From contig NC_058368.1 in NCBI RefSeq assembly GCF_018350175.1, positions 128,714,001 through 128,778,000 of the forward strand: a stretch of 64,000 nt of DNA. Direction: 5' to 3'. Below are positions 37,330 to 50,405 of this stretch, in pieces. This DNA comes from Felis catus. Lineage: Eukaryota. The position numbers were made by a program, and so were the translations under genes. Position 1 is the first letter of the stretch. Each line of letters opens with the position of its first letter. The notes under the pieces are model-generated. The model saw only the letters and a list, made by a program, of their open reading frames with translations, had not been told where the DNA came from and searched no databases.

Positions 37330-37541
37330 GGGCTGCCTGGGTGGCTCAGACGGTTAGGCATCCATCTCTTGATTTTGGCTCAGGTCATAATCTCATAGTT
37401 TGTGGGTTCCAGCACTGCATCAAGCCCTGTGCTGACAGCATGGAGCCTGCTTGAGATTCTCTCTCTCTGCCCCTCCCCTGCTTTCTCTCTCTCTCTCCCT
37501 CCCTCCCTCTCTCTCTCTCTCAATAAATAACCTTAAAAAAA
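37330..37541 (+). mobile_element. CanSINE inside an old L1 3' fragment (~37260-37660)
   Basis: SINE head and tail; TSD aat(a/g)aactag. Confidence 0.9.
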
Positions 37542-37699
37542 TGAATGAACTAGAGCTGCATTTATCAATGGGGATAAATCTCAGAAACATGATGTCAAAC
37601 AAAAAGAGCGAGTTACAGAAGATTTCATACAGTACAATACTATTTATATAAAGTTTGAAAGCAAAGAAAGATTAATGGACTGTCAAGTAAAGTTAGCAA

Positions 37700-38344
37700 G
37701 TTAAACTCTGAGTTTACTTTTTCTTTGCAAGCCTAATGAAAACAACAGCAAAGGGATTTGTTTTAAAAAGCATAAACCTACAAGGTCAAAGAAATTGAAG
37801 AGACAAAAACAGCAACAGTGTTTTAGAAGCTGGAAAGCAGACGAACAGGTGGTAACAGATTTAGCAAAATGGAGAATGACTTCTCATCTGGCAGAGAAGA
37901 AAGCCCAGAAGCAACCCGGTTTATATCACAGAACCTCAGAATGTTCAGTAATTGGCAGTGCCAGGAAATTCTAAAAGTGGAGTTGAGGCTGGTGCTAAAA
38001 ACAGTAACTTAGTTGAAAATCTGCTTAAGAAGCAATTAGATGCTAACCAGTAAATTGTAGGTGCAATAATAGAGTTGGAAAATCACCATTTTTCAGTGAT
38101 CATTGTAATAGCTTATTCAGGGAAAAATTATTAGTGGGTGCTAAAACCATTGGGTCAAATTTTGTTGGGAAACACAATATTTACATGATCTCAGGGCACC
38201 TGGGTGGCTCAGTTGGTTATATCTGCCTTCAGCCCAGGTCATGATCTCACAGTTCGTGGTTTCAAGCCCCGCATGGTGCTCTGCACTGACAGCATGGAGC
38301 CTGCTTGGGATCCTCTGTCTCCCACTCTCTCTGCCCCTCCCCCG

Positions 38345-38404
<60 letters not shown>

Positions 38405-38870
38405 AATAAAATAAACATTTAAAAAAGATATTTTCATGATCTCAAGGTATCTCCCAACAGATTGCTTATTAATTACAAAGGGAAAAAACAAGGTATACTT
38501 AGAGTAGACAAATCTAGTGGATACCACCTTAAACAAGTAGGACAGACTTGATATGTGTGCCTCCTTGTATAATGCACTGAGAATAAGGTAATATTTATGT
38601 TGTATTTCTTCAAATACAGAATCCTAATCTAATCATGAGGGCAAAGCCAGAAAACCTAAATTGGAACACATGTTATTAAACACCAGATGGGTCATGTTAG
38701 TGTTATGAACAACAAAGAAAGACTGATCAACACGACAATTAAATGTAATATGTGACCCTGGATTGGGGAAAAAACTTACCCATAAAGGACAGTATTGGGG
38801 TAATTAGTAAAATTTGAACATGAACCATATATTAAATAATAGCACTGTATCAGTGTTAAGTCTTCTGGAA
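37700..38870 (+). mobile_element. Old L1MC/ME-like fragments
   Basis: ttgcttattaattacaaaggg, ctaatctaatcatgagg and caattaaatgtaatatgtgaccctggattgg. Confidence 0.6.
38194..38426 (+). mobile_element. CanSINE with a long (CT)n tract
   Basis: TSD atattt(a/t)catgatctca. Confidence 0.95.
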
Positions 38871-39271
38871 AAAAAAAAAAAGAGAAGGATGCTATTAAAT
38901 TCTTTTTGTGAAAGTCTGAAAACCCAGCAACTTCTCTCCCATTTAAAAACTGGGAGTTTATTTATGGAAAGTTTATTTATTTATCCAGACAAATTTGAGT
39001 GAAGAGGTACCAGTCAGAAAAGAGAGTGATTAAATGAACATATACTTACTGAACTTAACAAATGAGGTTGAGTTATAGCTAAGTACATTGACAATAAACA
39101 GAATTTACTTATTATTTCCAAGAAAAACAGAACTTAGGTAGGAAAAAGAAAAATCCTAGTATACTAGATAACTTACTTGTTATAGTGTTTATTCATAATA
39201 TAAATATTGAATATTGATCTGTAACTATTTGGAGAGTATTTGGTCTCAAGAAGGATGAGGTAAATCCTCAC

Positions 39272-39474
39272 TTTCTTTTTTTTTTTAAGTTTATTTTGAG
39301 AGAGAGAGAGAGAGTAATTGGGGGAGGGGCAGAGAGAGGAGGAGATAGGGAATCCCAAGCAGGCTTCAACACTGTCAGTACAGTGCCCCATGCGAGGCTC
39401 GAACTCATGAATCATGATATGGTGACCTGGGCTAAAGTAAGACACTTAGATGACTGAGCCGCCCAGATGCCCCA
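39272..39474 (-). mobile_element. CanSINE
   Basis: TSD taaatcctca(c/t)ttt. Confidence 0.93.
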
Positions 39475-39759
39475 TAAATCCTCATTTTCAGTAATAAGTC
39501 AATATACAGTGCTTAAAATTGGAAAGTAAAGAAGTAGTAACACAAAAACGTTTTTAGATATTGTGGAGGATTTAGGAGCAGAGTCTTCCTTTATAGCTGT
39601 CAGTTTCTCAGCTCCCTTGTTTGGCCTGGGCCATAACCAGAAGCATCATTTGAAAGCATATCATAAGTATTTTAGAACAATGTAGCCCTATAAATTATGT
39701 GAACATATAATTTTTATTTAAAGAGAAGAATTTTGAAAAACATACGTGATGCTGTAGAT

Positions 39760-39963
39760 GAGAGGTAGCAAAGTTTTTCTTCAGAGCACCGTATAGTAAA
39801 TATTTCAGGTGTCGTGAGACACGGTCTCGTTGCTCCTGTTCCTAACTCTGCCATGGTAGTGTGAAAGCAGTAATAGACTACATATATGAGCGAGTGTGGC
39901 TATGTGTGGTGTAACTTTATTTATAAAACAGGTGGTGGGTGGATCCTAGTTTGCTAACCGCTC
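39760..39963. mobile_element. MER58A-like hAT MITE
   Basis: atagtaaatattt..., aactctgccatggtagtgtgaaagcag and tgtggctatgtg...aactttatttataaaacagg. Confidence 0.75.
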
Positions 39964-39971
39964 CTACTGAT

Positions 39972-40800
39972 GACTGGTTTTCAAATTGGGATACCTCTAC
40001 CCCTGAGAACACGAAGATATCCAGTGGGATATGCGGGTATGTATGGCCTTAAAGAAATTAATTTCTGTATTCTCTCTTTCCATATGTCATCTTTCCTAAA
40101 AACGATCTGTCTGAGAACTCTTTCTGGTCTGCCAGTTCTCCTTTTTGACATCTTTCGTAATCATCTGTCTCCCACTTTTCAAAAGAAAGGCTTACCCCTT
40201 GTCCTTGCTAAATCTTACTGTGGTGCATTGCCTTGGGGTTTAAAAATCTCCAGGGCACCAAACAGAGACTACTGGAGAGTGAATTTCTCCTGAGGGATAG
40301 TCTCTTGAGACTAAAGCAGAGAAATCTTCAGTAAAAATTACTGAATGGGGCAGCACATTATTTCAGCCAGCTGACAAACTCATGGCAAGGATCCATGCCT
40401 TCTAGTTTCTTTGTCCACCTAGATAACCATTTATCTATCTTAAAATTAAAATCCACAAGTGAGAAAGTTGTCATAGAGACACATAATAATACATTTATTT
40501 GAATTTAAAAATTAAGTTAGATTTCTTCTGACAGAGAAGTCAGATTTGGCTGATTGGGTTTGACAATGAGGACTGGCTTTGCCAATTAAGTTATATGGCT
40601 ATATTTTCCGTAAATTGAGTAAGTTAAACTGCAGCTCCAAGGCTTTGACAAAAACATACTTAGAGGATGTATTCAATATGCAATAAACTTGAAAATACAT
40701 CTTGTGCCATTATTTAAGTGTCAATTTAAACGTGCAAGATGGTACATAGTTTTCAAAGGTCTTAGGAGATAAGTGTGCAAAACAAAGTAGGAAATCACTG
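39972..40800 (+). mobile_element. hAT-Charlie element (Charlie4-like) with a transposase relic
   Basis: Termini gactggttttcaaa / gaaatcactg; degenerate 8-bp TSD ctactgat / ctgctgtt; frameshifted transposase-like peptide at ~40501-40660. Confidence 0.65.
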
Positions 40801-40833
40801 CTGCTGTTGTTTATGGGTATATAAGCATGCAGT

Positions 40834-41035
40834 GGGGTGCCTGGGTGGCTCAGTCAGTGTGCGATCCAGCCCTGCATCAGGGGGCTCTGTGCTGGGCATG
40901 GAGCCTGCTTGAGATTCTCTCTCTCTCCTTCTCCCTCTGTCCTTTCCCTGCTTGTGCTCGCACATGTGCTCTCGCTCGCTCTCTCTCTGTCTCTCTCTCA
41001 AAACATAAGAATAAAGATGTAATAAAAGTATTAAA
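40834..41035 (+). mobile_element. CanSINE (internally deleted)
   Basis: ggggtgcctgggtggctcagtcag head and CT-rich body. Confidence 0.88.
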
Positions 41036-41046
41036 AACATGCATGA

Positions 41047-41293
41047 GGGGCACCTGGGTGGCTCAGCCGGTTAAGAGTCCGACTTTGGCTCAGGTCACCA
41101 TCTCACGGTTCATTTCCTGAGTTAGAACCCCACGTCGGGCTCTGTACTGACAGCTCAGAGCCTGGGGCCTGCTTCAGATTCTGTCTCTGTCTCTGTCTCT
41201 TTGCCCCTCCTCTACTTGCTCTCTGTCTCTCTCTCAAATATAAAACATAAAAATAAATAAAATAAAATAAAATAAAATAAAATAAAATAAAAA
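41047..41293 (+). mobile_element. CanSINE with a (TAAAA)n tail
   Basis: SINE head; pentanucleotide tail at 41248-41293. Confidence 0.94.
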
Positions 41294-41580
41294 CACATGA
41301 AAATGATAGACAAGAAATTGAGAGTAATTGTTACCTCTGGGGAAGGAGAATGTTGGGGAGAGGGGTCACAGAGTGTTTTATGGGTCATATCTGTAGTGTT
41401 TTATTTCTCAAGCTGTATGTTGGTCATATCTGTACTGCTTTATCTGTGGTATTTTAATTCTTAAGTTGATTATAGCTATAGTATTCTGTTTCCTAAGCTG
41501 GGTATTGGGCACTTAGATATATGTAATATTATTAACTATATTTATACACTTGAAATATTTGATTAAAAAATAATACAATG

Positions 41581-41867
41581 TGTGGAAATTAAGAAACAAA
41601 ACAGATGAACATAAGGGAAGGGAAGGAAAAACAAAATATGATAAAAACAGAGAGGGAGGCAAACCCTAAGAGCCTCTTGAATACAGAGAACAAACTGAGC
41701 GTTGTGGAGGGGTACTCGGTGGGGGATGGGCTAAATGGGTGATGGTCATTAAGGAGGGCACTTGCTGGTATGAGCACTGGGTGTTATATGTAAGTGATGA
41801 ATCACTAAATTCTACTTCTGAAACCAATATTTTACTATATGTTAATATGAATTTAAATAAAAAAAAG
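41581..41867 (+). mobile_element. Carnivore L1 3' end
   Basis: taagaaacaaaacagatgaacataagggaaggg...gatgaatcactaaattcta...aataaaaaaaa; TSD aatacaatg. Confidence 0.92.
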
Positions 41868-42727
41868 AATACAATGAAACCTTGTAATCGTATATTTTAA
41901 GAGAACGTGTTGGGTTCCTGATACAAAAATAAGATATTTAGAATAACCTGAAAAGTGAAATACTTGAAATTCTAAAATACTGAAGGCACTTAAGAAGTTA
42001 TCATAGCAATATGCATAAAAAACAATCATCGTAGCTTAAGTTTTGGGATTCCTTGTTAAAACCTGAATGCTTGTATATTTTTATTATTCATTTAGTTACT
42101 TAACAAGCACCTGATATGTGCCTAATAGCTAACATAGTTTCCTTATAGATTTCTGTTGTACATACCAACCTGTCCTAGACACAAACTCTGTTCAATTATG
42201 TTTAGATTCAGTTTTCAGTTTTCTTTTTATTTCCTCTGCAAAAGTCAATTAGTCTGATTCTTTGAGGTCGCAAGGGAAAAACATTCACATATTGCCTTCA
42301 GAAATTAGATTTTATTGCAAGTTTACACAGGGAGCATTATGTCTTCAGTTATGTAGTCATTCTGGGATCTTTGGTTTCCCAGACTGGAAAGGATATATCC
42401 TTGAACTTGATCAACATCCCATTCTTTATTCACCTACTAGCATTTCTATCTCCCCAAAGAAGATGTATCTGGATGGGTTGACCACCATCCGCAGTGAAAA
42501 GTTCCGTCGAGTGGAGTTATGCCAGTCATTTCACCTCCCTCATGCCTAAAACTGTGTGCTTCTTTTGGCTACGCACAGCAACTCTCCATTCAGGAGCGCC
42601 TGAAGCCCTGCAGTTTATACCTGCCAGTGGAGTTATTGCACACTTCTGAGTCTGGCATGACCAGAGTTATGACTTTACTTGGTTTATCATCCTTTATTTG
42701 ATTAAAAAATTAATATAACAATGTTAC

Positions 42728-42938
42728 TGGGCACCTGGGTGGCTTAAGCGTACAACTTTGGCCCAGGTCATGATCTCGCAGTTTGTGGGTTTGGACCCCA
42801 CACTGGGCTCTGTGCTGACAGCTCAGAGCCGGAAGCCTGCTTCAGATTCTGTGTCTCCATCTCTGTCTGTTCCTTCCCTGCTCATGCTCTGTCTCTCTCT
42901 TTCTTTCAAATATAAACATTAAAAAAATTTTTTTAATA
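42728..42938 (+). mobile_element. CanSINE
   Basis: Flanking duplication aaaaattaatataacaat. Confidence 0.93.
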
Positions 42939-43475
42939 AAAAATTAATATAACAATTTTAAAAATAGAAATAGTAAAATACCCCAAATCATATAGCTGGT
43001 TGCACAATTCAACTTTAACAAGTTATTCATACATTGGTATGTTATTTTAATTTCGGTATACTTTTTATTTTGTATACTGACTTTTCACTTAACTGTCATA
43101 ATAAATGAATAAAAACAAGCACTTGAAACTCAATGGCATAACACTTAGAAATGACTTTTCTACATACCTTTTTTGGTATTGACCTCTAGCTTTGTAAAAA
43201 AAGGTGATATAAAATTTGCCATGCTTCCCTAGAAAAAATGTGGTAGGAAATGAAAGTAAATCTTGAGCATTTCAAGCTTGTCAGAGTCTATACTCAACCA
43301 TAAGCTAGTGTGTCTCCCTAACTGGAGGTATTTATTTATTAACTGTGCAAGAAATTTTTATGCTAGTTTGTGTTAATTTTTTTGGTTTTCCAAATATTGA
43401 TTTTAAGTAGGTCTTGCTAAACATTATCTCAAATTTCAAGCATCCCACCTTTCTTATTCTAAAAGGATTGCTTCT

Positions 43476-43685
43476 CTTTTTTTAATGTCTATTTATTTTG
43501 AGAGAGAGAGAGAGAAAGGGGGGGGGGGAGGGGCAGAGAGAGAGAGGGAGAGAGAGAATTCCGAGCAGGCTTCATACTGTCAGCACAGAGCCTAATGTGA
43601 GGTTGGAACTCATGAACCTGTGAGATCATGACCTGAGCCAAAACCAAGAGTAGACGCTTAACTGACTGAGCCACCCAGGAACCCC
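43476..43685 (-). mobile_element. CanSINE
   Basis: TSD ctaaaaggattgcttct. Confidence 0.94.
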
Positions 43686-44180
43686 TAAAAGGATTGCTTC
43701 TTAAATGCCTTGTTACAAAGCCGAGGTCTGAGTTTGAGCTTCATTTATCCTTAGCACATTTTTTCCTTCTATTTTGACCTTTTATCTGACTTGTAAAGTG
43801 CAGAACATAAAAGGGTTTTTTTAAAGTTGTATATAAATAGATTGCTATTATTTATTATTTTTAGATATGCTTATGCTCAGTGTCTTATGAGATTCATCAT
43901 AACTTACTGGGTGCATATTAAAAACTATACAGAATTTGTTCTGAATAGTTAACCTTCTGAGTCACATCATCAGTTACTAAGGCAAGTCCCATTTAGGTGT
44001 TAAAACTGGGCTTACACCCAGTGAAAAATGGTTAAGGGAGTTAAAATGAGGTCAGGTTTGTATTTTTTTTTTTAATTCACACCTTTCTCGGTTATCTTAC
44101 CAAAACAATTTCTTATGATATTCCTCTTATTCTTCCATGTTGAAGAAATAATGATTATCTTCACAATCTAAATTTCAAGA

Positions 44181-44408
44181 GGGGCGCCTGGGTGGCGCAG
44201 TCGGTTAAGCGTCCGACTTCAGCCAGGTCACGATCTCGCGGTCCGTGAGTTCGAGCCCCGCGTCAGGCTCTGGGCTGATGGCTTGGAGCCTGGAGCCTGT
44301 TTCCGATTCTGTGTCTCCCTCTCTCTCTGCCCCCCCCCCCCCCCCGTTCATGCTCTGTCTCTCTCTGTCCCAAAAATAAATAAACGTTGAAAAAAAATAA
44401 AAAATAAA
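44181..44408 (+). mobile_element. Young SINEC_Fc-type SINE with a C16 run (44330-44345)
   Basis: TSD taaatttcaaga (44169-44180 and 44409-44420). Confidence 0.97.
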
Positions 44409-44987
44409 TAAATTTCAAGAAAAATAAATTGCTACTGATTACTTTTATCAGATGTAAATTGATTTCTTTAAATAATGGTGTTTAGGAAGATTATATTGGT
44501 TTTATTTGTGATGTACCCTCTAGGATATCAAGCCACTGTTGATTGTCACAGTTAGGCATGCCAGATTTTATTCTCAAATATTTATTATGACAGTGACAAA
44601 ATACTGTACTAATTTGCTAAGTGTATGTTGTTGCTATGGTAATAAGAAATCAGACATTTTTTATAACTTTTCTGATATACATATGTTCACTGTGTTTCAT
44701 GTATTCAAATATACTTAATTTCCTTCTCAAATATCACATTCTGTTGCCATTGTGATACTTTTTTTTTTGCTGGTTTTCTACAACATGAACAAACAGATGT
44801 GTCATCTAGGGCAGGGTTTTTCAACTTATGCAATACATTAGTGAGTTGTGAAATCAACTTAGTGGGTTATAAGTATTTTTTCTTTTTAATAGAGTAGAAA
44901 AAATATACAATAGGAAATACTAATAGTATTGTTTTATGAAATTCTTATTTCACATACGCACATATGTTCATGTACTGTATTTCTTAT

Positions 44988-45478
44988 TGTGGTGGCTTAT
45001 TTTTATGGGTCAGCTTGAGTAGGCCACAGCACCTGTAGTCAAACACTAGTCTAGATTTTGCTGTGAAGGAACTGTTTAGATGAGATGAACATTTAAATCA
45101 ACAGACGTTGAGCAAAGCAGATTACCCTCCATAGTGTGGCTGGGCCTCATCCAATCAGTTGAAGACCACAAGAGAAAAGAGACTGACCTCCTCTGAGAAA
45201 GAGGGGATTCTGCCTGCAGACTCCTTTGGACTCAAGCAACAATAACTCTTACCTGGGTCTCCAGTCTACCAGCCTACCATGAAGATTTGGACTTCTTAAC
45301 CTCCACAATTATGTGAGTCAATTCCTTAAAATTAATCAGTCCCCCTCATATATATACATATATCCATATATATATATATATAAATACATACATACACACA
45401 TATATATATATATAAATATACACACATACATTCATACACATGTTACTGGTTCTTTTTTTTTTTGACAACCCTAATATA
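44988..45478 (+). mobile_element. ERVL solo LTR (MLT2B-like), probably inside a hAT MITE (~44812-45517)
   Basis: tgtggtgg...cagattaccctccatagtgtgg...cctcatccaatcagttgaag...aaccctaatata; 5-bp TSD cttat / cttac; internal (TA/CA)n. Confidence 0.85.
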
Positions 45479-45537
45479 CTTACTAAAGGTCATAGTACAA
45501 AAAGTTGAAAATTACTAATCTTGACAGTAGTTTTTTT

Positions 45538-45733
45538 AAAGCTTATTTATTTATTTTGAGAGAGACAGACAGTGCAAGTGGGGAAGGGGCAGAGAGAGAG
45601 GGAGAGAGGGAAGAACCCAAGCAGGGTCCACACTGTCACCACAGAGCCCGAGGTGGGGCTCTAACTCATAAACTGTGGAATCATGACCTGAGCCAAAACC
45701 AAGAGTTGGCCACTTAACCGACTGAGTCACCCT
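45538..45733 (-). mobile_element. CanSINE
   Basis: TSD aatcttgacagtagtttttt. Confidence 0.93.
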
Positions 45734-46192
45734 AAATCTTGACAGTAGTTTTTTAACCTAGTGAACTGGTGGTATGTGTAAAATGCTTAGCCAATGTGTA
45801 GCTCAAAATAGATATTAAATAAGTGATAGCTGCTGTTATTTTATAATTTTTACTTGTTATTAAAGTCCATAAGAATCCTAATTTGATGAGAAGTTATATA
45901 GAAATATTTCTAACTTATCCACTCATTTAAACTCTTTTTTTAAACGACTAATCTGTGTTTGAGAATAATATTTGGTATTTTGAACGTTTGCTCTATAGAA
46001 ATTATCATGAAATTTTCTGCTTTGTTTCCCTCTCCCCATTTATGTGGTCTATGAGCTCCCTATATTTTTTTCCACCATAATATTCCAAACAGTTCAATAT
46101 ATTTGAATTTTTGAAAAGATAGTCTTTGTCTGTAATTCAAGATTATTTGATATTCTCAATCTCAATGCACTAAGGGACAGGCATATAAGAAA

Positions 46193-46650
46193 CTGTTATC
46201 ACATACCTCTTGAGCCCTCCCTCACATGCTCTTGTCCTGCTTTACTCCAGCCTAGCTGCAGCCACCATCTGCCTTAGGTATAATCTCACTACAGCTCTGC
46301 TGAGTAACTTTAGCTTTCTACTTTGACACTGTAGCATGGGATGCTTGTGGGGAGTCAGCCTGGAAATGTGAGAGGATTAACACACCGGGTAACCCTTGAC
46401 CCGTGAGGGATAGGAACTAATGGATAAACACTCCCTGTCTGCCCCTTGGGCAAATGGGTCAAGCACATTGAAACAGTTCGGACACATTCAACATTATTCC
46501 TTAGAAGGTTCCAGCAGGAATTGGGTCCCAATGTCCAGAGCACTGACCAGAGCATACCTCTGTTTGTTTTTCTTCCCTGTTTTACTCTTTCCAGTATCTT
46601 GCTCTTCTTCCCTGAATCACTTGTTCAGCATCAGCTTTATGAAAACCAAA
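46193..46650 (+). mobile_element. Old ERVL LTR (LTR16-like)
   Basis: gcatgggatgcttgtggg..., aacccttgacc...ggataaacactccc and ccagcaggaattgggtccca. Confidence 0.6.
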
Positions 46651-46797
46651 ATTGTTGTCTTAACAGACAAACTGGAGCCCAAAATTGAAATTGTCAGTAG
46701 CTAGTAATTAAATTCAGCAGGCCAACTGATTTTGTAACATGAGTGCACATTGGTCCTGTTGGCACAAAATGATATGTCTTTAGAAATATTAAAGAGA

Positions 46798-46988
46798 GGG
46801 ACACCTCGGCGGCTCAGTCTTTTGAGCATCCAACTTCAGCTCAGGTCATGATCTTGCATCTCATGAGTTCAAGCCCCACATCAGGTTCACTGCTATCTGT
46901 GCAGAGCCTGCTTTGGATCCTCTGTCCCCCTTTCTCTGCCCCTCCCCCACTTATGCTCTCTCAACAATAAATAAAACATTTTAAAAAA
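46798..46988 (+). mobile_element. CanSINE
   Basis: TSD agaaatattaaagaga. Confidence 0.93.
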
Positions 46989-47446
46989 AGAAATATTAAA
47001 GAGAGAGAGTGTATGTATGTCTATCAGATGTACTTGAAAATTTTGTGACCCAGCAGCATCTTAATGGGATGAAATTCTGTGGTGTCATTCAGTACTTACC
47101 CAGGTACTTGACAGACCCTGAGATTAATTTTTCAACAACAGCTTGACTTGGCCTATAAGTATAATTGAAGCTTAACTCTGGAAGAGTCTAATGATTTTCT
47201 TTCCTAGTAAGAATCCTGATTGTATTTTTCTAGTTTGATAATAGAGTGGCCGTCTTACTGCTGCCCATTAGGGATTAGAAGCAGGCATCTCCTCTCCATT
47301 TGAAACACTGCTAACAAACTGACGCTCTGCAGAAGCATGCCTTAGATTATCTAACATCTTGATCCTTTCAAAAGTATGGCTGAGGGAAATTATGTCTAAA
47401 GAAGATCTTCTAGGATAGAACTTCCCAGCTGCTGAGCCAGACTTCT

Positions 47447-47671
47447 TTTTTTTTTAAATTTTTTTTTTCAACGTTTATTTATTTTTGGGACAGAGAGAGA
47501 CAGAGCATGAACGGGGGAGGGGCAGAGAGAGAGGGAGACACAGAATCGGAAACAGGCTCCAGGCTCCGAGCCATCAGCCCAGAGCCCGACGCGGGGCTCG
47601 AACTCACGGACCGCGAGATCGTGACCTGGCTGAAGTCGGACGCTTAACCGACTGCGCCACCCAGGCGCCCC
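47447..47671 (-). mobile_element. Young SINEC_Fc-type SINE
   Basis: CpGs intact; perfect TSD ctgagccagacttct (47432-47446 and 47671-47685). Confidence 0.97.
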
Positions 47672-47778
47672 TGAGCCAGACTTCTATAGAGATGTGCCCA
47701 CAATACTGATGCTCTTAGTCCTCCAGTGGCCACTTACTTCCTGTTGTGAAAAACCTGGAGAAGAACTACCTAAGGCCT

Positions 47779-48264
47779 CAGTGTGCAATCGAAATATATT
47801 AGCCACATATTTAACTTTAAATTTTCTAAGAGCCCCATTAGAAAAAGTAAAAAGAAATAAGTGAAATTAATTTTAATAATGTATTTCAGTTAGCCCAGTA
47901 TATCAAAATATTATCAATTCAGTATGTAATCAATAAAAAAACTAGTTAGTGTGATATTTTATATTTTTAATGCTAATCTTTGAAATCCAGTATTTATCCT
48001 ACATTTATAGCCTATCTTTTTTTTTTTTTTTGTAAGCATTTGTTTATTTTTGAGAGAGAGAGACAGAATCCGAAACAGACTCCAGGCTCTGAGCTGTCAG
48101 CACAGAGCCCAGTGCAGAACTTGCACCCACAAACTATGAGATCATGACCTGAGCCGAAGTCAGATACTTAACCGACTGAGCCACCCAGGCACTGCTACAC
48201 TTTTCAGACTAACCACATATCAGGTTGTCAGTGACCACCAGCGACCACCATTGAACAATGCAGA
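47779..48264. mobile_element. MER33/MER3-like hAT MITE interrupted by a SINE (48017-48193, - strand)
   Basis: agccacatat...aaaagtaaaaagaaataagtgaaattaattttaataatgtattt...ccattgaacaatgcag. Confidence 0.75.
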
Positions 48265-48789
48265 TCTAAGGGATGAACTAGCCACCTAGTGTATCAAGTG
48301 AAATCATCCAACGTATAGCACCCCCATCTAAGTTCTAGCCTTTATATTTTGGGCTTTTGATTAATAAGTAAAAAGTCTGGAAGATAATCACTTCTACATC
48401 TGTTTAAAAATGATTACTGAAAATATTGGTCATTTTGCTCTTTACCTCTTATTTAAGAATTATTGAAAACAAACTCTTCCTAGATGCGTCTACAAAAAAA
48501 AAAGAACAAACTTTTTTTTCTCTCTCAAAGAATAAATATGTTTCCTTTTATTAAGTAAAATGAGTTATATAAATTGTTTAGCCTCTTGCCCTGGCTGTTA
48601 GGAAGTGTAGAGTAAAAGGTATTGTTAAATTACAGTAACTTTGTTAACTACATTAATACTTGCAGTTATCATATATCCTTTTCCCCATAGTTTGGCTTTT
48701 TAAACAACTTTCTTTTACTTTTTACTTTCTTTTAATGTCTTCATCTTTTTTAACAACTTTATTTTACTCCTTAAAAAACAGAACCACTA

Positions 48790-48980
48790 GGGGCGCTTGG
48801 GTGGCTTGAGTCAGTTAAGCATCTGAGTTCAGCTCAGGTCATGGTTCATGAGTTTAAGCCCCGCATTAGGCTATCTGCTGTCAGTGCAGAGCCTTTAGAT
48901 CCTCTGTCTCCCTCTCTCTCTCTCTGCCCCTTCCTTGTTTGCTCTCTCTCTCTCTCAAAAATTAACATTAAAAAAATAAT
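48790..48980 (+). mobile_element. CanSINE
   Basis: ggggcgcttgggtggc head, CT tract and A tail. Confidence 0.92.
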
Positions 48981-49259
48981 AGTTCATATTTAAAAAACAA
49001 ACAAACCCTAGATTCATTGACTAAGTGAATACACTCTGGATAGGAAGAGAAATATTTGAGCTTACGCTGTTAAATGTACTAATTTGTGGTACTTGTCAGA
49101 TGGTCAGATGTGCAGATTTCAGTACTAGAGTGGCATAATTGCAATGGACTTGACTTCACAATGATAATAAGGAGCTATGGAGCATATATATTACTCACAG
49201 AATAAAGGCAGGAGGCAATTTCTCTGCTGAAGTGATGGGAGAGAGGGAGGGAAGGGGGG

Positions 49260-49634
49260 AATGAAAGAGATGTAGATATAATTAAGAGATTTATTTATTT
49301 CAGAGAGTTTCCTAACATAGCTGTGGGAGCAGGCAAGTCAGAAATTTGCAAGACAGGCAGGTAGGTTAAAAATTCTCAAGCAAGAATTGATCCTGCAGTC
49401 TTGAGACAGAATTTCTTCTTCCTCAGGGGACTCCTAGTTTTGCTCTTAAGGCCCTTCAACTGAATGGTTGAGGGTCACCCAAATTATGAAGAATAGCTCT
49501 TTTACTTAGAATCAATGGTTCATAGATGTTGCCTGCTTTTACAAAATACCTTCACAGCAACACCTAGGTTAGTGTTTAATTGAATAATTGGGTACTATGG
49601 CCTAGCCAAGTTGATACATAAAACTAATCATCAC
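49260..49634 (-). mobile_element. ERVL LTR (MLT2D-like)
   Basis: aaaataccttcacagcaacacctaggttagtgttt...gcctagccaagttgatacataaaactaatcatcaca. Confidence 0.85.
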
Positions 49635-49781
49635 AGTTGATAATTAGTGCTTTTATTCTGATAGTTTTTAGTTACATTTTTTGTTTTAAAATCTATTGGG
49701 CTTTCATCTGAAACTAATAGAACCTTGTGTGTCAGCTATACTCAAGTAAAAAAAATTGTTTTGATTTTTTTTTAAGAAAGA

Positions 49782-50349
49782 TTTTTTTTAATGTATTTTT
49801 GAAGGCGGGGGGAGGGCCAGAGAGAGGGATAAACAGAATCTGAAGTAGGCTCCAGGGTCTGAGCTGTCAGCACAGAGCCCGCAGGGCTCAAATTTGTGAA
49901 CTGCGAGATCATGGCCTGAGCTGAAGTTGAACACTTAACCACCTGAGCCACCCAGGCACCCCGAAGGATTTCTTTTAAAATTAATGTATCTAAGGGGCAC
50001 CTGGGTGGCTCAGTCAGTTAAGCCACTGACTTTGGCTCCTGTCATGATCTAACAGTTTGTGGGTTTGAGCCCCATATCAGGCTCTGTGGTGACAGCTCAG
50101 AGCCTGGAGCCTGCTTGGGATTCTGTGTCTCCCTCTCTCTCTGCCCCACCCCTGCTCGTGCTCTGTCTCTCTGTCTCTCAAAAATGAATAAACGTTAGAA
50201 AAAAAATTTTTTTTAATAAATTTATCTAAATAGTTGCTCCTTGGTGGCTCAGTTAATTAAGCATCCAACTATTGGTTTCAGCCATGATGTCACAGTTGTG
50301 AGATTGAACCCCACATTGGGTTCCATGCTGGACCTGGAGCCTGCTTAAG

Positions 50350-50405
<56 letters not shown>

